Assembly (NCBI GenBank): GCA_973895155.1
Contig: OZ316899.1
Span: 8,311,241-8,375,240 of the forward strand
Length of the DNA: 64,000 nt
Origin: Marsupella aquatica
Taxonomy: Eukaryota; Plantae; Marchantiophyta
Reading direction: 5' to 3'
Of the stretch, positions 50,296-60,049 are shown piece after piece. The notes below the pieces were generated by a model. That model was not told the DNA's origin and ran no database searches. It worked only from the letters and a program-made list of their open reading frames with translations. Positions within the stretch are counted from its first letter, which is position 1. The number at the start of each line of letters is the position of its first letter. A program made the translations under genes and the position numbers.

Positions 50296-51129
50296 CCCAT
50301 AATGTAACGGGAGATAAACTTCAAACATTTTAAGCTAAGAAAATTCCAAATTTAGGAAGACTCCGTATTTTACGGATCTCCCTATATGGTGTAGCCTAAA
50401 GTTTGCGTGGTCTTAAGGTAGACCCTAATGTCTACATACAGTTTCATGAAATAATGAAACCTAGCCTTATATTTGAATGCATTAACCTTATACTCACCTT
50501 AGTATTAAGATCTGGTAGAATATGAATATCACATCCAAGGGGGATACATTGTTGTCTGTAGATTGGTAAAAACTTTCCCAAAACCCTGAAATACAAGCTA
50601 TATGCCACTAAATCTTGGGAGTAAAAAACAAACTGAACCCTAAACCACACATGTCTGTAAAAGATAAACTGAGAGGACCCCAAAAGTCAAGAAGCTGGCT
50701 AAGCTGACCCATTGAAGGTAAGTGGCTCAATACATAACACTTTAAGAGAAACTCTGGATTACATGGAGCTTAGATTTGGGAAACTAGAACAAGAATGAGC
50801 TCCGAAGTGGGCGTCTCCCGAAATATACCCTTTGCTCGAGTCGGCTCAAATGGAAATCGCGTGAAGATAAGGGTTGAGTACCCCTTCACCTTAGCTTGCG
50901 GCACACCTTATCTTCACGAGCTTAATTGCGCAGGGACTACCGTGCAAGGCTGTTAGGTAGGCAGGACATCAAGGAAGGAGGCCCGTATGCAGGGTGCGGG
51001 CAACGGGCCGTACGCAGGAGCAGGCCGTACGCACTATCAGGCCGTACGTAGGAGAAGGAGGCAACCGGCCGTACGCAGGCCGGGGTGAGGCAGGAGGGGG
51101 TAAAGGGAAGAAGAGGTCCAGCCAGGACC

Positions 51130-51290
51130 TCATTCTCATTCTCACTCTTTCGCTCCTCACTCTGCTCACGCTCTCCACTCTCCGCCTCCGCTCTCTGCTC
51201 TTTGCCTCCACTCGCTCGCTCTCCTCGCTCTTTGCTCTCCGCTCTCTCTCCGCCTCCCCGCCTCCGCCTGCTTTCGCCTCCACCTCCATT
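51130..51290 (+). repeat. CT-rich low-complexity tract in the divergent promoter/5'UTR region
   Basis: (ctct/cgct)n tract next to a GC-rich segment with ggccgtacg repeats at 50980-51080. Confidence 0.7.
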
Positions 51291-51520
51291 CTTTTTCATT
51301 GCCCTAAATCGGACGCCTGCTAAGAAGCCACGTGTCACTCTGCCACGTGTCAGAAAGATGGAAGCGAATCGCGTCCTTGTGAAGTCCTCCGTGGAAGCAA
51401 CAGAGGAGTTTGACCTCTCCTCTATGAGCGACAGTGTAGAACTGGCACTTGAAGACTCCAGACAATTTCAATCAAGAATCCCTAGTAAGTATCCATCACC
51501 TATCCTCCCTAAGTCTTAGA

Positions 51521-51860
51521 GGACTGGGACCATCCGAGTCCAAAGTTGGACTCGGATGATCCCAATCCAAACTTGGACTCGGACCATCCCAATCCGAACT
51601 TGGACTCAGATGATCCTAATCCAAACATGGACTCGGATGATCCCAATCCAAAGTTGGACTCGGATGATCCCAGTCCAAAGTTGGACTCGGATGATCCCAA
51701 TCCGAACTTGGACTCAGATGATCCTAATTCAAATGTGGACTCGGATGATCCCAATCCAAACTTGGACTCGGATGATCCTAATCCATCCAGGAGATTGAAT
51801 CTCGATTGTAGGAGCAAGTCTAAACCATCTCAAGTTGGACTAGGACCATCCTAATCCAAC
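51521..51860. repeat. Second 27-bp array (~11 units) of the same palindrome family
   Basis: ttggactcggatgatcccaatccaaa repeats. Confidence 0.9.
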
Positions 51861-52050
51861 AAGAGTTATTCAAATGTTTTAAACTTAATAAGTCTAACAT
51901 GGATGACGTTTTTATGATGCAGGGAGCGATCTTGTTGGTTTCAAACCCGCGATTGCACCGACCGACTGCCGGGACGGATTCTTACTAGATGAGAGATCCC
52001 CAGGCTTCCGATGGGGGCTTGAGTTCTCAAGAACCCCGCTTAATAATGAA

Positions 52051-55000
52051 GTGCCATCAAGCACGATTGAACCTGTTTTGACCTTAAAGTGCAGAGCAAA
52101 TGATAGCCTGACTTTGGTTTGCGGACCTGTGGTCTCTGTTGGCATTGGAGGGAGAGGGATGAATTCGGTCATTCTGGAGATGCACGATAGGTCATGCTGG
52201 GTTAAAGTTAACCTTATGTCAAAGGCATACTCCTCAGAATTCAATGTCGAATGGCACGCAAGTGGTGAATTGAGCGTTTTGTCAATGGGATTTTTTCCAA
52301 AGACATATGACACAAAGAAGTTGGTCATCGGGGTAACTGGTATGCTTCCAGTCGACATTATGTATGGGTTTCAATATTTGAAACTCAACATGATGAAGCA
52401 CCAAGGCAATTTCTCTTTTGCAACTACTTGGACGTTAAGCAATTTACTTGAGAAAGTTGGATTGTTATCGTTGGAGTCAGAGGAGCCTGGTGTTTTAATT
52501 GATAAGGATGTTGCATTTGATCCCAACTTTGATTTAGTCAAAGCAAAGCAATGGATAGAATCTTTGTCAAAGACGAGAAACCTTCCAACGGTGAATACAA
52601 ACCTTGTGCCCGAGAAGGCGCCAGAGAAAGCTCCAGAACCTACAACAGAGACCGCGGGAACTACAGCAGCAACCTCTCAAAGAGCAGTGGGAAAACAAAA
52701 ACAAAGCCAAAGGAAACCTCCGGTTGAAAAGAAACTTCCAGTTGAGAAGCCGGTTGAGAAGCCGAGTACGAGAAGCCGAGTTCAGAAGCCAGTTGAGAAG
52801 CCGAGTACGAGAAGCCGAGTACGAGAAGCCGAGTACGAGAAGCCAAGTTGAGAAGCCAGTTGAGAAGAAACGTCCGGTTGAGAAGCCAAGTGCAAGTGAA
52901 AAGAGGCCAAGACAAAAGAAGAAACAGAAAATTGACAGTGCCATCATGGATGACACTACAGAAAACCTGACAGTGCATTCACAAGATATGGACGAGCAGT
53001 TGGACGCTCCTGAGGAGAAGAAGGTCTTAGAAGGTAATGAGGTACTGCAACAAATGGAGCAATATTATACGTTTGGGATCAATTCGATATTTTCTATTCC
53101 CGTAGAGAGTATTATCCCTGCATCGGCAAGACTCTGTTACAGAATGTTGAATGCAGACCATGTAAAGGAGGTGGCCAATTCCATGATAAGAAATCCGGGG
53201 CATGAACCACACATAGCAGACTTGATTCCTTACACTACAAAACATAGAAACCTAATGCAATATGACAACACGGAATCAGATAGGAGGGACTTTGTAGCAG
53301 CCGTGAAAAAGGGGGAGGTTCAATTCCTTGCCATTAGCGGTCAACATTCGGCCAAAGCAGCCAGATGGATTCGAGAATGGGCAAACAAGGATGCCAAGCT
53401 AACAGCATTGGCAAAAAAGCTGGAATTTTGAAAGTCAAGAATATTATCTCATCGAACACCATCGTCAATATTAGTTGAGCATTCAATGCGATCTAATGCT
53501 ATCAATAGCACGATGGTGTTTCAGTCATGCTTCAAAGATACAGTCGTTCATGCTAGGCGGCAATTTGTGGAATGTGGAAAACCTAGCCGGCCAAAACATG
53601 GGGACAACAAAACAAACGCTCAAGACAATCAAAAATTTCAGGTACGAAGTGTTACTGCTTGATTGGTACAATACCGTAGACTCTCCATGTGTGATTACAA
53701 TTGAGATGGTAGTCTTTGACCACAAAGCTTCAAGTTTGCTTTGGATTGAGATGGTCCGAGTCCAAATGGATACATTCACATTCAGTAGAATATTTCCACT
53801 GATATCGTCTAGTTTTGTGTTGGACTGGGATGGTCCCAGTCCAAATGGATTCATGCACATTCAATAGACTATTTCCACTGATATTGTCTAGTTTTGTGTT
53901 GGACTGGGATGGTCCCAGTCCAAATGGATTCATGCACATTCAGTAGAATATTTCTCCACTGATACCGTCTAGTTTTGTTTTGGATTGGGATGGTCCTAGT
54001 CCAAACTAAATCATGCACATTCAATATAATATTTCCACTGATACTGTCTAGTTCTGTGTTGGACTGGGATGGTCTCAGTCCGCACCTGAGTGCTTTCAAA
54101 CAATTGAGTTATGGAGAACTAACAGACTTTCCTTTGCAATTGTAGGATTGGTTGGCTCTTGCAAGAATGACCATGGGAAGGAAAGATTGTCGTAATGTCT
54201 ACTGGTTACTGTTTGCCGACAATGCTCTTTTTGATTTATGGAGTTTGGTATGCCAATTGTGGTTGGATGGGAAACTTCCCGATGGAGCTGGTGTAGAAGG
54301 AAATGAGAAGTCTGAAAAAGCAATTACTGTTGCCATGTTTCGTTGTTTTGATGGTGAGTTGATCTCACAACGAGACATCACAAGAATACTAACGCGGGTG
54401 AAGTCAGGAAAGGTATTGCTAAAGAAAGATGCCTCTAATAAATCAGACATGCCATCTATAGAGGAGTTGGCCAAAGATGTGAAGATCGTGCGGAAACTCA
54501 AGTCCCTTATTGAAGACTACTATTGCACCAAGGATGCGGTGAATTTCCCGACAAATACTAATTGGGGGAAAGTAGTTGAGGTTCTTCCTACGCTAGCAAT
54601 TGATTCAGAGTTCACCAGGTGTCGAAGAGCCGCTGGCGAGGTCTATCTTGCCAACCTTTAAAGCCAAATCATACGCGGGAGAGCGCAATCTTGCCGACGG
54701 CATTGGTATTCCGCCTAAATGATATATACTGCCAGAGATTTGGCGGAGGATCACGTTCTTGGACCCTACCATGGGTTACATTTTTTAGCGACAATCTCAT
54801 GAAGACCATTGATCCAGAGTCATTGCAAGAAGCTCCTCCGACCTGCCCTCTTGCCATTGTTGATTTTAGCCGGCTTCCGCAAAAACAGTGGACTGAAGCA
54901 GAGATTCTTGTTCTCTTTGAATACATTGTGGAGCTTCCACAAAATCCCACGATTGTGGTGACGATAACAGTTCATCCTGGACAACTTGCACTGAATGTCC

Positions 55001-56517
55001 ATGGTGCCCTTCATAAATTGGGACAAGAGAAAGCTTTGACCATTCACATTGAGTATGGGAGTTATTCCCGAGATGATCAACCGCACCCTCATGACTCATG
55101 TTGGGGTGGAGGGATTGAAGAAGTTATCTTTGCAGGGATTTCTCGAGATGAAGACGTCAATTGGAATGAAGTTTTCAAGCCCAACTATCCAAAGCCAAAA
55201 TTCTTGTATACTTCAAAGGATGTTGATTATGAAGTATGCAAGATCGACAAGGGAAAGGGGAAAGCTAAGGAATCAGATGAGGGGACACAAAACGACGACC
55301 TAAAAGTGGTTTTGGACCCGGAAGAGGCCGTCAAGATTATGAATATGGCCCCTCGATTTGAGACAGTTGGTAGTCGCGGAGGATGGGTTAATCCTCATGC
55401 CAAACCCACGCGGATGATCCGAAGGATTATTGAATCCTTATCAGAACCGGGAGATTTGGTTCTAGATTTTTTCTCCGGTGGCCAAGTCATGAAGACATCA
55501 TTTTTTTGCGATAGGGAATGCTTTGTTTATTGTGACTCTCAGTCCGAGAGGCATTTTGTGGAAGCTTTTGCTTCCTACCTTTGCGAGAGAGTTCCCTCAC
55601 TTAAAGCCCATTGTGAATCACTTGCTGAAAATTCTCGACAATGGGCTACCACTATTGCGGCTGTAGCTGTCGCTGTTGAATCCGACGGTTCTGAGTCTGA
55701 AGATGTTGCTGACAAAGTGGCTAAAGGCGTAGAGGCATCAGAGGAGGCATATGTCAAGAATTTGGATGACCGTGTTGGTCAAGGTGAGCCTTACGATGTA
55801 GATGATGATATTGGACTTGCACCAAACCGTTCATCTGGTTTAGATGACATCCCTCCGGGGCCCAATGAAGTTCAAGTTGATGATAACTTGGACAAGGATG
55901 ATCCCAATCCAACAACGCCGGGAGGACAGATGGAGCAACTGGAAGGAGCAAGGGTTGATATGTTTGATCATCTTTCTTCAACCAATCTGATCAACGAAGG
56001 CGCAACGAGGCTTGGAGATTCAAATGAAGCTGAAACTAACGAATTGACTCGTGGGGAAGCCGGCGGATTGCCTGACATTCCCATCAATCCAGGAGGAAAT
56101 GCATCAACGGCTGCTGACAACCAGGCAGGTGCTTCAACTTGTCTTGACACACTCTTTTCAGCTTCTGATGACAAATTGGTGTTCGTTCGTTCACACTCGA
56201 GGAGTCCTATTGTCCTTCCGTTCTCAAAAAAGAAAGGGAATAGAGTTGGATCAACTGGATGGAGGTCATTGGAACGCGACGCACGATGTTACGTGTGGAA
56301 AAGTGGGCCAAATCGAGGCCAAGAAATATCATTGGAAGCTGCTCCTTCAATTCTCAATAAGGAGGAGTATAAGAGGGGAGAATTGGGGTTCATAACTCCT
56401 GTTTGGACTTCTCCTTATTGGGTAGAACAAAGTACTTCAGATGTCAATTTTGAAATCCAACAGGAGCTTGGTGCTGACATGATTATTGATGAATACGGAT
56501 CTCTTATTTCGGAATGA
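52051..56517 (+). pseudogene. ParB/Srx-like domain fused to a beta-class N4C/N6A DNA methyltransferase-like domain (gene 2), one intron, few lesions
   Basis: YRMLNADHVKEVANSM..FLAISGQHSAKA is ParB-like (~53140-53360). NPHAKPTRMIRRIIESLSEPGDLVLDFFSGG (~55390-55482) is the HPxxKP..S..GD.VLDxF motif X/I of beta-class MTases. Intron ~53642-54146. Frameshifts at ~52850 and ~54655; TGA at 53429. Confidence 0.78.
53741..54083. repeat. Intronic ~80-bp tandem repeat, each unit with one 25-bp palindrome TTGGACTGGGATGGTCCCAGTCCAA
   Basis: Palindromes start at 53741, 53820, 53899, 53980 and 54059. The copies at 53820 and 53899 are perfect. Confidence 0.9.
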
Positions 56518-56659
56518 AATTCAGCCTTTGACTTTCTATTTATTCATATCAATCTAAAATACTTCTCGGTCTCACAGAATGGGCTCACCAATTAAAGTCT
56601 CCATATCCGTCTACACATTGTGAGGCTTCTAAAAACGGTATGTAGGTTAATTTTCATTT

Positions 56660-57700
56660 TTGTCAGCCATTGTGTTGTATTTTTGGACTGAGACAATCCT
56701 AATCCAAAGTTCACTTTTGGTCTTTTCTCTGAGAATGGTGTTTGGTGCACTTGCAGAATCGAGACCTGGTCCCGTCAAGCGGAAGTTGCTGATTTTGGAC
56801 CTTAATAAAATACTTTGGGATTCTATTGAATTCCAAAGCAAGGGCACATCCAGGAATATTGTCACCTCAAGTGGAGTGCATTGGGATAGAAAAAATGGTA
56901 TTAGTCGCATGTATACAGAACGACCAGGGCTCCATGAGTTTCTAAAGTTGGTTTTTGACAGATTTGACGTTGCAATTTGGACTTGTGTTGGGGTAGAACG
57001 AACAGTGAAAATGCTGAACATGATGTTCACTGTTGAGGAGCGGTTGAAACTTAAGTTTGTATTCACACAGGTGGAAGCCTTTGACACAGGCATTCAAAGG
57101 CGTGACATTACAAACGGAAAGGCAAATGTGCTACTGAAGGATTTTCAGGTGGTATGGAATGCATTTGGAAATCTATATGATGAAACCAACACCCTCCTTG
57201 TGGATGACTCCCCCCTTAAGGCATTTGCCAACCCAGACATGACCGGATTATTTCTAGTGCCCTACACGCATGCCAATCGTGGAGATAATTTTCTTCTAGC
57301 AATTCTTTGGCCATGTCTTGAGAAACTATCACATGCAAGTGACATTCGATGTTATCTTCTTCTCAACTCTCCAAAGTGGTCTCTTTTGCACATGAAGAGG
57401 GACAAGGAAAAAAATGAGATTACTTATGATCAACTTAGCAAGAGATTTGCAGCAAAAATTTGGAAGTCACAGTTTACACATAGTGTGTTGGACCTCAACA
57501 GTAATGAGATCCCTTGGAATGTAAAGCACCGTATATGTAGTTTACGTCCTGAGGTGGAACTTGACAATGCACTTGTCAACTCACTTGCTAAATCATTTTT
57601 AGGAAAGGACTATTCAGGTCCATATAGAGAAAATCCCAGACACTTTTTGCGGGAGATTATAGCCATTAGGAACAACACCACCAGATTTCAACTCCCTTAA
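56660..57700 (+). CDS. FCP1/NIF-homology (HAD) phosphatase-like protein
   Basis: KLLILDLNKIL, RPGLHEFL..FDVAIWT, LKDF..VW and NTLLVDDSPLKA..NP. The true start is probably downstream of 56660 or spliced. Confidence 0.85.
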   Translation: MSAIVLYFWTETILIQSSLLVFSLRMVFGALAESRPGPVKRKLLILDLNKILWDSIEFQSKGTSRNIVTSSGVHWDRKNGISRMYTERPGLHEFLKLVFDRFDVAIWTCVGVERTVKMLNMMFTVEERLKLKFVFTQVEAFDTGIQRRDITNGKANVLLKDFQVVWNAFGNLYDETNTLLVDDSPLKAFANPDMTGLFLVPYTHANRGDNFLLAILWPCLEKLSHASDIRCYLLLNSPKWSLLHMKRDKEKNEITYDQLSKRFAAKIWKSQFTHSVLDLNSNEIPWNVKHRICSLRPEVELDNALVNSLAKSFLGKDYSGPYRENPRHFLREIIAIRNNTTRFQLP

Positions 57701-58044
57701 AATAAAGGGAGTTGCAACCGTGACAATAGGGTAGATAGGAAAGGAGACAGGGGCACATGCTCAAATACACATTGTAGGGAGCACTTGGTTTAGATATTTA
57801 ATTGACTTGTGTTAAGCCCCTTGGATAGTACTAGAAATATGTTCGTATTCAATGTAAATTTGCAGATAATTGTATAAAGATATTTTATAATCTATTTGGA
57901 ATGATGTTATTTTGTTCACAGAATATCTGGTCCTTAAATGGGGATGAAATAACTTTATAAGTTTTTATCCTCCATTTCTATGTGAGTTATTAAATAATAT
58001 AATATGTATTATTTATTAATATAATATTAATGTGATTTGGCCTA

Positions 58045-58181
58045 TAAAGTGTACATTTAGAGACACAAAAGTGTACATTTGGGTGTCTTGAAGTGTACAT
58101 TTGGGGCCATGAAAGTGTACATTTCAAGACTCATTTGTGAACAAAAGAAAATACACTTTTAATGAATAGGTTGATGTGTAC
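58045..58181. repeat. Right subterminal AAAGTGTACATTT copies and TIR
   Basis: Four copies followed by the inverted terminal repeat. Confidence 0.8.
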
Positions 58182-58506
58182 ATGGCCTCTAGGAAACGTA
58201 CGCAGGTTGACCACCCGCCTCTGTTGGCTGGAATCAAAGCCATTTTGATTCCTGGCCACTATGGGTTCACCCAAGTGAGTTGGCCAATCGTACAAAAATG
58301 ATTCTCAGAGTTCCATGGGACTGAATAAGGACATCACTCCACAGACTACACATGTTGTTGCGGGGACATGGCTGGATGTGATGAACAAGTGGTCGTGGTC
58401 CTTCATTTATTCTGCCATTACCAACCAAGGTCTAAAAGTAGTTGAAGTCTCTTGGCTGACCGATTCTGTTAAACATAGGTGTGTATAGAGTACTGAGCAA
58501 TATGAG

Positions 58507-59028
58507 TTGTGGGAGAGTGAGGAGGCCACTACAGAGGCTTTGGCTGAAAAGGAAGCCTATGAAGTAGCGGCAGAGAAACCCAACTTTGCTTCTATCCAAT
58601 ATGGACCTGTTGTCAACATAGGACACCATCCTATGCGTGCAGATGCTATATTGAATGAGCATGGCAAGGAGATAAATACTGTTATGAAGGGGTTCAGTGT
58701 GGTATTTGCAGAAGAGGGAATTGGGGAGACTAAGTGCAGACTGTACAAGTCCATAGTTGTTGAGCTAGGTGGGACAGTGGAGGAGAGTCTAACAGAAACC
58801 TCCACTCATGTTGTAGGTCTGTCATACATGAAAATATGCAGAAAATTCTTTAAGACAATGGTGCGTCATTTTGTCATGAACAACAATCTTTGGGTGCTTT
58901 CCCCTGATTGGCTTCTGGAATCAGCAGCAACAGGGAAGCGACAGAATGCTTGGGACTTTGATATTTTTGAGGCCTGGCGCTCCAAGATTCAGCGGAGATG
59001 TATGCTTAGCAATGGTGGGAGAGAGTGA
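58507..59028 (+). CDS. BRCT-domain protein fragment; a second decayed BRCT is likely at ~58220-58490
   Basis: MKGFSVVF..IVVELGGTVEESLTETSTHVV..VLSPDWLLES is the BRCT pattern. Upstream DITPQTTHVVAG resembles a first repeat. Confidence 0.75.
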   Translation: MWESEEATTEALAEKEAYEVAAEKPNFASIQYGPVVNIGHHPMRADAILNEHGKEINTVMKGFSVVFAEEGIGETKCRLYKSIVVELGGTVEESLTETSTHVVGLSYMKICRKFFKTMVRHFVMNNNLWVLSPDWLLESAATGKRQNAWDFDIFEAWRSKIQRRCMLSNGGRE

Positions 59029-59168
59029 GGAGTAGGAGTCCCTCATATTTTTGTATAAATCACAATTTTGTAATAAATGTGATCCTTGAACTAACTCATC
59101 TTGTCATGGTTGGTCGCAGTTGAAGTGATTGTTGTTTCCTGTTGCGTGGGGTGTGACTGTGAATCTAC

Positions 59169-59738
59169 TTGTTGGGCTCTGTTTGGCTGAAGACTTTGGT
59201 GGGTATGCTGCCTCTTCCAGACCGACAGGCCCTATGTAGGGTCCTCCTACGGGTTGCATCGTGCATGGTTACTACTTGGGCTTACATGTGTGGATTGGTA
59301 ACCAGACAGAGTGCAGCTCCAACCGAGATAATGCCTGCAGACCTTGGATGTGTTGTGAATGCTGTGGTGAATGAGGATGCACAGTCCAAAGAGGACATTT
59401 ACTTTTCAACAAATGAGTTAGACAAGCACGATGCTGTAGGTGGTTCCTTGTTGCCTGATTTGGCAGATGATATAGTTCTTACACATGTCTGGCCGAGGGT
59501 TCTTGTGGTGTCTGGCGCACAAGATATCTGCAAATATAGACTAATTAGTACCCAGTGGAGGGACTTGGTAGCAACATGTGCACCGTGGAGGGCACTGCTG
59601 CCACTGCTTGTAGGCACGGATCGAAGACCATCATGGCATGAGCAGGGTTTAGACCTTGATGACTTAATGTACATGCTTGAGTACCTCAGGACTGAGTGGC
59701 ATCGACAACAGGATTGGTATCCGTATTTGATGTGGTAG
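59169..59738 (+). CDS. Small F-box-like protein
   Basis: LLPDLADDIVLTHVWPRV..CKYRLISTQWRDLV fits the F-box consensus LP.L.DD+....+..R+....+R.V...W. Start uncertain. Confidence 0.6.
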   Translation: MLGSVWLKTLVGMLPLPDRQALCRVLLRVASCMVTTWAYMCGLVTRQSAAPTEIMPADLGCVVNAVVNEDAQSKEDIYFSTNELDKHDAVGGSLLPDLADDIVLTHVWPRVLVVSGAQDICKYRLISTQWRDLVATCAPWRALLPLLVGTDRRPSWHEQGLDLDDLMYMLEYLRTEWHRQQDWYPYLMW

Positions 59739-60049
59739 TAAGATGACGACATCTCACACCGGTCTCGCACCTGGCACCTATGTCTATGACTATACATGAT
59801 TGGACTCTAATATGGTCATGGATGTACGTGCAAAGGCAGTACATGTGAGGACAGCGGAGGAGTTGACACCCTCAAACATTTAGGAATTTTGTCTCATTCA
59901 CTTGAGAATAGGTACATGACTCAGGCACCTATATTTTTTGTTTTTTTGGAACGTTATGCTACGTCTTTTGGCAAGTACAGTTGGGGGTGAAATCCTTAAT
60001 AGGGAGTGTATTTTTCACTTGCATAATAAAATGACAGGGCACTGAGTGC

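Larger units (their letters stand above)
45029..58181. mobile_element. ~13.2-kb TIR DNA transposon (Sola-related DDE) carrying ParB-MTase-like and FCP1-like cargo
   Basis: Left end GTGTGTATCAGCCTATTCATTAAAAGTGTATT (45029-45060). Reverse complement of the right end GTACACATCAACCTATTCATTAAAAGTGTATT (58150-58181). All differences are transitions. Both ends carry AAGTGTACATTT arrays. No clean TSD. Confidence 0.8.

Noticed and set aside
49378-51854. ORFs with (LDSDHPNPN)n or (MVRVQVWI)n repeats
   Set aside because: By-products of a 27-bp DNA repeat, open in several frames on both strands.
49480-51860. CRISPR-like appearance of the palindromic repeat arrays
   Set aside because: Units are contiguous 27-bp repeats with no unique spacers, there are no cas genes, and the context is eukaryotic.
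52051-56517. Bacterial contamination or prophage as the source of the ParB-MTase
   Set aside because: The gene has a GT-AG intron, lies within eukaryotic TIR and CACTA elements, and shows plant-type methylation decay.
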